Assembly (NCBI RefSeq): GCF_006345805.1
Contig: NC_043010.1
Location: 25,544,001-25,608,000 of the forward strand
Direction: 5' to 3'
Length of the DNA: 64,000 nucleotides
From: Octopus sinensis
Taxonomy: Eukaryota
Part shown: positions 54,944-64,000 of the stretch, piece after piece
How positions within the stretch are numbered: the stretch's first letter is position 1
How the letters are laid out: every line of letters begins with the position of its first letter
Translations under genes and position numbers: made by a program
Notes under the pieces: generated by a model
Told to the model about the DNA's origin: nothing
The model's input: the letters and a program-made list of their open reading frames with translations, nothing else
The model's database searches: none

Positions 54944-55105
54944 TTATGATGGGCTTCTTTCAGTTTCCGTCACCCAATACCATGCACAAGGCTTTGGTCA
55001 GCCCATGGCTATAATTGAAGACAATTGCTCAAGGTGCCATGCAGTGGGATTGAACCCAGACCCAAGCGGTTGGGAAGCAAACTTCTCACCTACACAGCCA
55101 CACCT
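54695..55105 (-). mobile_element. tRNA-derived SINE, family A (diverged)
   Basis: Reverse copy with an internal (CA)n tract. Confidence 0.7.
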
Positions 55106-55658
55106 GGGTCTTTATGTTGTGAGTTCAAATGCCACCAAGGTGGACTTTGCATTTCATCCTTTCGGATGTACCAGTTGAGCATTGGGGTTGATGGAATCAA
55201 CTAACGCCCCCCCCCCAATTGCTGGGCTTGTGCCAAAATTAGAAAGAATTATTTTCATGAAACTTCTTCACATACTTATTTACACATTTATTTGAAAAGA
55301 AAGAAATTTAACATTTAAAAACCAAAAAAGTAACATTGGAAAAAATACCACTTTTTTTTTACATTTCAGAAATATTTTTGCCTTTGTTATGTTTTTTATT
55401 CTTTACACATATATTTGAAGAGTAGATTATTAAATGCTTTAAATATCAACAATGGTTTACTCGTTAGTTGATTATATATACATATATATATATGTGTATG
55501 TGTTTTGTTTTGTTTCTTTTTTTCTTTCCATATGTTTATGCATTAAAATCATCTTTCTTATTCAGTCAATCAGTAAAATCGTTTTCTCTAAACATAATCC
55601 TCTTTATAAATAATCTTTGTATTTGCAGAGATGATTTTTCTCTATTATAGAATTATTG

Positions 55659-55725
<67 letters not shown>

Positions 55726-55982
55726 CATTGCTGCTGCTGCTTTTGTTATTGTTGTTGTTGTTGTCGTCATCATCATTATCATTATTATTATTATATTATT
55801 ATTATTATTATATTATTATTATTATTATTAGAACTACTAGTCTATCAGAATCTTATACTCTACAATAAGTTACTTAATTTTAATATTTAAAATTAGTCAA
55901 GTTAAAGGAAACATTGACATTTTATTATATTTCCAATACTCTGCGCGTGTATACGTGTGTGTGTGTGTATATATATATATAT

Positions 55983-56036
<54 letters not shown>

Positions 56037-56063
56037 ATATATATATATACATACACACACACA

Positions 56064-56106
<43 letters not shown>

Positions 56107-56180
56107 TATATATATAATATAATATATATTATTGGTGAATTGAAGAAATGGAGCTGAACGCAGATTGAACAGAAACGTTT

Positions 56181-56273
56181 TATTCATTCTACACGTGTTT
56201 CGAAAGGCACAAATTACCAAAATCCGATTGAATAATGGGACCATATTGTGTCTTTCTCTTCAGGAAGAAAATA
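56181..56273 (-). ncRNA. Type I hammerhead ribozyme with intact core in the left pseudo-LTR
   Basis: Minus strand: stem I 5' UAUUUUCUUC, CUGAAGA (56263-56257), stem II GAAAGACACAA/UUGUGCCUUUC (10 of 11 paired), GAAA, C-[ACGU]-G, UA cleavage site after 56190, then stem I 3' GAAUGAAUA. Confidence 0.7.
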
Positions 56274-56853
56274 GGAAATCCGTTGGAAAAACAAAAACAG
56301 AACAGAGGCGGAGCAAAAACAATCGAACTATGCTCCTAAGAGCCCATGGCGAAACTGTTTATCAGTGTATGTTGAGAACCGGTGGTTGAAGAATTTAACG
56401 GGTCAGGCATCGGTCAATCATGTGGGTGAGGTGTGTGGGTGTTCTTTGTGACCGAGAATAAAGTTCTGACTATTTAAGGAATATTGGATGTTTTATAAAG
56501 GGCGAGAAAAAATCTACTTAGAGACGTGTGGTGTGTATACTGTTCTATATATGTGTGTGTTGGCGTAGGGGTAGAAAACATTTTTTGTGTACGTGTGTGC
56601 GTTTGATCGTTCGGCTGTCAGTGGCTACTGCCGCGAGAACCGTTGGGTGGCAGAAAAAAAATATATATATTATGTTTTATGTGTGTGTGTGTTCATCTAA
56701 GCCTGCCTTGTCAAGGAAACCCCCGCTGTGAAAAAACCAAGCCCCGTTTGTCTTACAGGAGTAATTCCCCTTGCAGTGGTTAATCGTAGATATCTTAAAG
56801 GCTATTTCAGAATTTGTTACCAAGGGCTATGGGTGCCGGTATTATTATAAACG

Positions 56854-57353
56854 CTATTTAAAAGCCAGATAAGTGTAACGCTGCCAATGGGGGCATCGAA
56901 AAGCCGACTGTAAAAGCCCGTTTACCATCCGGCCTCTGGCAAACAAAATATGGAAGAGTTCGGAGACACAAAGGTTGCACTGCCTTCTGCCCCTATCAAA
57001 TGGGAGGGCCACCGACAAAATTGACCATTCCAGCCTGTAGCTTAAGTTCGTATCCTTCAGTCGCCATATTAGCTTACTGAGTCCCGTGGTCTGGCGCTTG
57101 TTCATGTCCCGAAAAGTTGCGTAATGGTTGGAGACACGCAAAGACAATCTTGAGGATGAGGCCCCTACTAAGTGAAGACATCTGAGTCCGTGTAAACCTT
57201 GCATTGGTAGACGGCGTTTTTGATCTTGGAGTTCGCCGACGTGAATCTTATTCTGCTAGGATTAGTTTCTGAAATTAGAACTGCGTTCCTGTCACTATAT
57301 TCGTTCCGAGACCTGCAGCCGCTTACTACTCTATTTTCCACTACATCACCCAC
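56854..57353 (-). pseudogene. GIY-YIG endonuclease domain of the Penelope-like element, with one frameshift
   Basis: Joining ORFs 57168..57353 and 56854..57204 across a 1-nt deletion near 57169 (ttc act ta[c] gta ggg) gives NAVYQCKVYTDSDVFT-Y-VGASSSRLSLRVSNHYATF...TGLSKLIWRLKD...LEWSIL...CNLCVSE...N...CPH. This has the GIY/YIG-equivalent motifs, the catalytic Arg (R..NH), Glu and Asn, and a C-terminal Cys/His cluster. No RT domain is present. Confidence 0.75.
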
Positions 57354-57516
57354 ACACCCTCACCCACATGATTGACCGATGCCTGACCCGTTAAATTCTT
57401 CAGCCACCGGTTCTCAACATACACTGATAAACAGTTTCGCCATGGGCTCTTAGGAGCATAGTTCGATTTGTTTTTGCTCCGCCTCTGTTCTGTTTTTGTT
57501 TTTCCAACGGATTTCC

Positions 57517-57610
57517 TATTTTCTTCCTGAAGAGAAAGACACAATATGGTCCCATTATTCAATCGGATTTTGGTTATTTGTGCCTTTCAAAACACGTGTA
57601 GAATGAAATA
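57517..57610 (+). ncRNA. Second hammerhead copy in the right pseudo-LTR, core mutated (GAAA to AAAA)
   Basis: TATTTTCTTC-CTGAAGA (57527-57533)-GAAAGACACAA...TTGTGCCTTTC-AAAA (G12 to A at 57589)-C-ACGT-GTA-GAATGAAATA. Stem I has 9 of 10 positions paired. Confidence 0.6.
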
Positions 57611-57816
57611 AAACGATTTCTGTTCAATCTGCGTTCAGCTCCATTTCTTCAATTCACCAATAATGTTTTAATTTCAATTATCCGCACCAACGCACGGTTG
57701 CAACACCATATGGTTGTACCTCCAACCGTGCTGTTTACTGCTGTGATTTTTGCTACTAAGGTATCGGTTAAACTTTTGATTAATCTACTACAAGATTATT
57801 CATCTTTCTATTTCAC

Positions 57817-57873
<57 letters not shown>

Positions 57874-58119
57874 CATACACATATATACACACACATGGAA
57901 TTATATCTATGTATTATTCCTCTAAGATGGCGCTAAATCTACATGGAAACCTGTAATTAACAGTAAACTAGTGAAACTGATGGCATTTTCTCTTGAAAAA
58001 TATAAAATATGAAATAAGTTTTAGTTGCAGCAGAAAATCTTTGGAAATAAGTTAAGTGAAAAGTTTAGGTTTCATATTAAAAAGGAGTCTAAAGTTTCAC
58101 AAATGTCTAACTATGATTG

Positions 58120-58690
58120 TCATGATGTAAAATGGTAGAGTGTCAGGTAAAATTCTGTAAACGTGATGCAGATGGATGCTGACAGCACCATAAAGAAGTA
58201 CTGATATCTCAGAGTAGATGGAACATGTGAAAGTGGAAGACCCAGGAAAACATGGGATGAGGTACTAAAGAACACCCTCAGGATGCTGAACCTTTCAGGT
58301 GAGTTGATAAAGGATCAAGATGCCTGGTGCCTTGCTGTACTCTGCAGCAGAAGTGTTAAGACCAGTCCCTCTGATGGTGAAAAGTACTCATGGTGGTGCC
58401 TCATAAAAGTACCTGTGTGGCACCACATAAAAGTGCCCATGCAGTGCTACATAAAAGCATCTGCATGGTGTCACATAAAAGCACCTGTATGGTGCCACAT
58501 AAAAATGCCCATGTGGTGTCACGTAAAAGCACCCTGCACACCCTGTAAAGCAGTTGGTGCCAGGAAGGGCATCCAGCCATAGAAGCCATACCAAATCAGA
58601 CTGGAGTCTGGTGCGGCTCCCCAACTTGTCAGCTCTAGTCAAACTGTCCAGCTCATACCAGCATGGACAATGGATGTTAAATGATGATGA
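58120..58690 (+). mobile_element. 3' end of an RTE-clade LINE (ORF2 C-terminus, 3' UTR and (GAT)n tail)
   Basis: RVDGTCESGRPRKTWDEVLKNTLRMLNL...DQDAWCLAV matches the RTE GRGRPRKTW motif. It is followed by the ggaagggcatccagc...catggacaatggatgttaaatgatgatgatg tail found many times in the window (e.g. 1080-1260, 39590-39750, 43420-43615, 47010-47155, 63380-63680). Confidence 0.7.
58385..58535. repeat. Minisatellite of about 21 bp x6-7 in the RTE 3' UTR
   Basis: tggtgccacataaaag.acc..tg variants in tandem. Confidence 0.8.
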
Positions 58691-58960
58691 TGTATTTGGT
58701 GTTAGGAAGAGCATTCAGCTGTAGAAAGATGCCACTACAGATAATTTGGAGACTGGACAGCTCCCCAGTTGGCCAACTCCTGTCAAAGCATCCAACTCAT
58801 GCCAGGATGGAAAATGAATGTTAAATGATGTATTTAACTGCATCCTATCACATTCCGAGCCCAAATTATCTCCAAGATTTTTTCTTTTCTTCTTTCAGCT
58901 GATGGTTAATTTAATCAGTTATTCCTCACACCCAAAATATGTAGTCTTGTCAACCCATAA

Positions 58961-59138
58961 CTCCTTTCCTCACATATTTCTATTGAAATACATTGCTTTT
59001 GTTTCCAACAATTTTGAAAATAATGAAGAATTTAGCAAAATAACTTCATCATTGTTTGGATATAAATTGCGTTTGGAGCATAAATTCAAATATTTTGATG
59101 AACCACAGACACCATCAGATGGGTTGATATCAAAAGGG
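58961..59138. mobile_element. piggyBac-type MITE, second family
   Basis: Ends gatatcaaaAGGG|TTAA. The body (attttgaaaataatgaagaatttag) recurs at about 36810-36990, 48430-48630, 52900-53180 and 59600-59745. Confidence 0.5.
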
Positions 59139-59172
59139 TTAACCCTTTAGTTATATATTAATTGAGTATTAT

Positions 59173-59601
59173 AGGCGTAGGAGTGGCTGTGTGGTAAGTA
59201 GGTTGCTTACCAACCACATGGTTCTGGGTTTAGTCACTGCATGGCACTTGGGCAAGTGTCTTCTACTATAGCCTTGGGCCAACCAAAGCCTTCTGAGTGG
59301 ATTTGGTAGACAGAAACTGAAAGAAGCCCGTCGTAATATGTATATATATATATATATATATATACATATATATATGTATATGTACATGTGTGTATATGTT
59401 TGTGTCTGTTTGTCCCCACTCCAACATCGCTTGACAACTGATACTGGTGTGTTTATGTCCCTGTAACTTAGCAGTTAGGCAAAAGAGACCGATAGAATAA
59501 GTACTAGGCTTACAAAGAATAAGTTCTGGGGTCAATTTGCTTGACTAAAGGCGGTGCTCCAGCATGGCCATAGTCAAATGACTAAAACAAGTAAAAGGGT
59601 A
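59173..59601 (+). mobile_element. tRNA-derived SINE, family A
   Basis: Full-length copy. Further partial copies at 7730-7880, 8440-8580, 25696-25830, 27385-27510, 32780-33140, 37830-37970, 39155-39312, 46225-46715 and 63040-63360. Confidence 0.85.
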
Positions 59602-59984
59602 TACACAGCCTTTGTTTCAATCAATTTTAAAACAGGATAAAAATTTTAGTAAAATAATTCTTGTCATTATTAAGCAGGAAGGCTTTGAGCAGTAAGTTCG
59701 TTTCATGGAACCAGGTGCAGTCTTAAGCAGGCTGATATCAAAATGTTTTGTTTTACTCTGATTGATGGCATTTAGTCGGTGTATAATCTTGGCTCAGTCT
59801 TGATTGAGCAGACCTATGAAGAAAAACATTCGAACTGTGACCATCCCAGGTAGTTAGTATTTTGTAGGCTTATCTATTAAAAATGCTGCTATCAATTGTG
59901 ATGATATTTAAACCTAAATGTTGCTCAAGCAGCAGAACTTGTGCTTCAAATTGTCACGTTACTACTTAGGGCTTTGTGCTTGTA

Positions 59985-60054
<70 letters not shown>

Positions 60055-60615
60055 TCATTAGCATATCAAATGAAATGTTTAATGGCATTTCATCATCTTT
60101 ATGTTCTGAGTTCAAATTCTGGCAAAGTTGATTTTACCTTTCATTCTTTGGGGAGGGGGTCGATAAGATAAGTATTAGTTATGTACCAGGATCAATGTAA
60201 TCAACTATCCCCCTCACCCTAAATTTCAGGCCTTGTACTTATAGTAGAAAGGATTATTATTATTATTATTATCATTATTATTAATTACTATTATTATTGA
60301 GTGAGAGAGCAGCACATGCCTTCAAAGTGATGCTAGGGTACAAATATATGAAGCCCAATATACTCATTATGACTACCCATCTGATAAGGGTACACCAGGC
60401 AAATGGTGATCATATGTATGCGATCAGAGATGCACATATCATCAGCCACTAAGAGAGATGCTCAACTGGTTATGGTCAAGCAAATGACAATCAAGTCTGT
60501 GGCATTGAGCTGAATATTTGCCCACCTTTTACACCAAGACAAAACATGTACCTGTTAACACTTTCAATCAGTTAAGAGCAGAAGTGAGCCACTGCCTGGT
60601 ATTGCATCAGGACAG

Positions 60616-60987
60616 TTATTACCTCTGCCTTAGCAAAGAGGGAGGCATTCTTTTCAGTCATGTTTGTTTGTTTGTCTGTGAACAAGATATCTCAAGAACT
60701 GCTGGGGGGATTTGGATGAAACTTTCAGGAATGTTTGGCCTCGTGACTGGCACAAACTGATCAGATTTTGGGATCGATCTGGTACCGGACAAGGATTCTA
60801 GATTATTTTTTCCGTTTTTTTTTACTTAATTTTTGAGAGCGGTTTGGTACATTTTTAGTATTTTCGCCTGTGAGAGCAGTCGAGTTTTTTTTAGGTATTC
60901 TCATTTAAAAAAAATATCTCTGGCTAAACGTTGAGAGGACATTAGTGTTGCCTTTTTGAAAGTTTGCGCTCTCTGAGTGCTCTTGTT
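60616..60987 (+). mobile_element. Helentron-associated non-autonomous element (HINE/DINE-1-like)
   Basis: Starts ttattacctctgcc, has a (gttt)n/gtctgt microsatellite and a gattt...gatgaaactt core, and ends with hairpin gcgctc-tct-gagtgc then tcttgtt. T-rich flanks. Confidence 0.5.
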
Positions 60988-61171
60988 ATTATCATTATGA
61001 GGTTGACATTGCCTTTCATCCTGTGGGGTCAAAAATGAAGTACCAGTTGTGCATTGGAGGTTGATGAAATCTCTTTATCCCCTTTCTCAAAATTGCTGAT
61101 CTTGTGGCAAAATTTGAAACCATCATCATTACTATTATTATTTTTATTCTTATTATTATTGTTATTATTAA

Positions 61172-61385
61172 GGTGGCGAGCTGGCTGAACTGTTAGCACA
61201 CCAGGCAAAATGCTTAGTATTTCATCTATCCTAATGTTCTGAGTTCAAATTCTGCTGAGGTTAACTTTGCCTTTCATCCTTTCAGTGTCAATAAAATAAG
61301 TACCAGTTACATACTGGGGTCTATGTAATCAGCTGTGCCCCTCCCCCCAAAGTTTCAGGCCTTGTGCCTATGGTAGAAAGGATTA
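61172..61385 (+). mobile_element. tRNA-derived SINE, family B
   Basis: aaggtggcgagctggctgaac...gttctgagttcaaattc (B box)...gactttgcctttcatcctttc...taagtaccag...ggccttgtgcctatggtagaaagg(att)n. Other copies at about 2300-2450, 8780-9190, 12590-12780, 19770-19950, 32460-32610, 45327-45470, 47900-48070, 49510-49920 and 60070-60255. Confidence 0.8.
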
Positions 61386-61489
61386 TTATTATCATCATTG
61401 CAAAATCTTTTGGATTCTTCTGGTATATAATACTATTATAAAAGTGAATATAAAAATATCTTTGCTGTTGTTGTTGTAGTCATTTTTTA

Positions 61490-61680
61490 GCTCTTGGCAA
61501 GTCAGGATCAGGCTGACAGATCTATGATCAAAGGCATTCTAACCATGACTGTCTTGTCTTTTACCTATTGGTAATAAACCCAGTCCCCATTCAAAATGCC
61601 TTATTCGAAGATAATAGGGAAATGTAATTCAAAGGAAACCCAACTGCTATTTCCAGCAGGTCATCCAACCCTATAGAATC
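61490..61680 (+). mobile_element. Third interspersed repeat family (SINE-like)
   Basis: The motif gacctatgatcaaaggcattc.agccatgacc...ggctgctatttctagcaggtc recurs at about 15640-15820, 24080-24570, 26180-26410, 34700-34910, 49210-49450 and 59770-59880. Confidence 0.6.
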
Positions 61681-62391
61681 TCCCTATGTTTTACATAGCC
61701 ATCACAGCTCTTATTTATACAATTTATAATATTTCAGATTGAAATTGATAAAATTACTACCCAAAGTAGTTTATTTGTTTATTTAATAATTAACTTTCAT
61801 GTATAGAGTAAATGCGATATTTTTCGATTGATTAATACACTTTCTTTAACAATATACCAGCCTCCCTTTTTTTTTTAACTCTGCTCGGCTGTCTAATTGT
61901 CATCCCTCGTTGGAGGAGATCTTTATCATCTGACCATGTTTCTTTATCTTATGGGGAATCTATTATCTGACAATCTCCTCTCTTTATCCTATTTCACTTT
62001 AGGCTCTTCTAGTGATTATACAGAATAACAACAACAATAAGAATAATAATGATAACAATAATAACAGGAAGAAACTACCAAAATGTGGAAAACAGTACCA
62101 AACATTTCTTATGTGTTCACTGACAGAATATGCCTTTGAAACATTTAAATTCAATGAATTTTGCTGTGGACTTAAATTAAATTCTTATTTAAATGTAATC
62201 AGGAATGATATGCCATTGAATATTCTGGCTCTGAGATGGGCATTTGATATCAGTTTGTTGTGTAAAGTTAAAACATAAAATGCTAATGCTAATGGGAGAA
62301 AAAAAAAGACCATTTTGAAATTAAGATATTGATCAAGTATGTGTATATATATGTATGTGTATATGTTTGTTTGTGTCTTTGTGTGTTTATG

Positions 62392-62437
<46 letters not shown>

Positions 62438-62548
62438 CATGTATGTATATATGTATGTATGCATGTATGTGTATATATATGTTTGTGCATATGTTTGTAT
62501 GTTTATGTGTGTTTATGTATGTGTATATGTATGTATGTTATATATATA

Positions 62549-62619
<71 letters not shown>

Positions 62620-64000
62620 ATATGTATGTATGCATGTATGTATATATGTATGTATGTATCATCAACATTTTAACATCAGCTTTTCCATGTTTACATGAGT
62701 CATACAGAATTCATTGAGGTAGACTTTCCACAGCCTGATGCCTTTACTGTCATCAACCCTTGCTTGTTTCCAAGCAAGGTAGTATTTCCTGGTGGTTGGA
62801 CATGGTTGGACTTGGCTTGTATGGCAGTGACTCTCATTTACAACTATCATGTGATGTCAAGACATGGAGACACTAACACACACACACACATACACACATG
62901 CTCACAGATATACGTCCATCCATCCATACATACATACAAACGTACATACATACGTATGTATGAATGTATATGTTCATCAGAACACTATACAAAAAGTTCA
63001 TCATTACAATTATATATTATGTATATATATGTTTTCTGGTTCAGTTCCACTTCATGGCACCATGGACAAGTGTCATTAACTATAGCCTCTGGTTTATACA
63101 AACTCTTGCAAGTGGATTTGATAAATGGAAACACGTGTGTGTGCACATGCGCATCTGTATTTGTTCCCCACCACCACATGACAGCTGGTGTTGGTGTATT
63201 TACATCCCTGCAACTTAGTGTTTGGCAAAAGTGTCTGCTAGAATAATTACCAGGCTTAAAAAAAAGAAGAGCTGGGATCGATTTGCTTGACTAAAATTCT
63301 TGAAGGCAGTACCCCAGCATGGCCGCAGTCTAATAACTGAAACAAGTAAAAGCTAAAAGATATGTATATACATATCACCATCATCATCATCATCGTCGTC
63401 ATCATTTAATGTCCGTGTTCCATGCTAGCATGGGTGGGATGGTACCACAAGAGCTGACCAGGCTAAAACTTGCACTGGACTTCTGTGACTGTTTTGAAGG
63501 ATTTTTACAGCTGGATGCCCTTCCTAACACCAACCACTCAGCAGAGTGGACTTAGTGTTATTTACCTGGCTCAAGCACAGGCAAGGTCACGTTTGGCAAG
63601 GTTTTTACAGCTGGATGCCCTTCCAAACACCAACCACTTTACAGTGTGGACTGGGTACTTTTAAGTGGCGCCTGCACTGACAGGGTCACCAAGACAAACT
63701 TTTAAGAGGGGTGAAGCCATTGGAGGAGGTGATTATGAAAGTTTACAGAGAGACAAACACAGGTATCTTGCTGTAGAGGAAGTATAAGGTTACCCATATA
63801 TATAGGAATTACAACCGTGTTTCGTGGTCTGCTACCACAACAGCTCCTTTATAGGATCCAGTTAGCTCAAGACATCATCAGGAGGAACCACGTCCGGTTT
63901 TGATCCTTATTCCTCTACCGTTTTGACGTGGTAGCCCCCCCCCCTTTCGGAGGTGTCTTCAGCTCTGGTGTTGGGTGCATGTCTTCTTTCTTCTGTTCCC

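Larger units (their letters stand above)
56128..57798 (-). mobile_element. 5'-truncated Penelope-like retroelement (GIY-YIG type) with inverted pseudo-LTRs
   Basis: Near-identical inverted arms of about 315 bp (56128-56441 and 57347-57664) flank a GIY-YIG endonuclease remnant. Each arm holds a hammerhead motif. The right arm has a 3' extension to about 57798, and both outer ends abut (TA)n tracts. Confidence 0.8.

Noticed and set aside
62003-62278. Good plus-strand acceptor (atttcactttAG) considered as LCORL/E93 exon 2
   Set aside because: In the required phase 1 it reads GSSSDYTE* and stops at once. The open frame is N-repeat driven and shows no family similarity.

Overview
This is AT-rich, repeat-saturated animal genomic DNA. 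The tRNA-headed SINE families and very long (TA)n/(CA)n tracts point to a coleoid cephalopod, most likely Octopus; this is recognition from memory, not a database result. There are no prokaryotic operons, CRISPR arrays, rRNA genes or genuine tRNA genes, and almost all ORFs in the supplied track are translations of microsatellites or SINEs. The only host coding sequence I recognise is a 94-nt first coding exon at 18192-18285 (+), MVDCGGLRCAQERRSFKKELLSWGKKIPVLI-G|. It matches the N-terminus of the LCORL/LCOR / E93 (Eip93F, Mblk-1) pipsqueak-HTH transcription factor family. It lies in a CpG-rich regulatory domain (about 15-27 kb) with CRE sites, a phase-matched candidate alternative first exon (22090-22135) and possible divergent antisense exons. 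I found no exon 2, so the rest of the window (more than 45 kb) appears to be intron 1. That intron holds SINEs, RTE and CR1-like LINE remnants, a Tc1 fossil, hAT- and piggyBac-type MITEs and Helitron/Helentron derivatives; a maT-type fossil lies upstream of the gene. The most notable signal is a set of hammerhead-ribozyme-bearing, Penelope-like (PLE) sequences in at least three families. (i) A 5'-truncated GIY-YIG PLE with inverted pseudo-LTRs, each carrying a type I hammerhead (56128-57798). (ii) A tRNA-headed SINE whose 3' half carries a minimal hammerhead, i.e. a candidate PLE-mobilised SINE (28400-29095, 34204-34444). (iii) A roughly 200-bp hammerhead-like element present three times, each ending at (TA)n. 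A 1.3-kb tandem duplication (about 40.6-43.2 kb) looks like a long-read assembly artefact. Coordinates of degenerate repeats are approximate.
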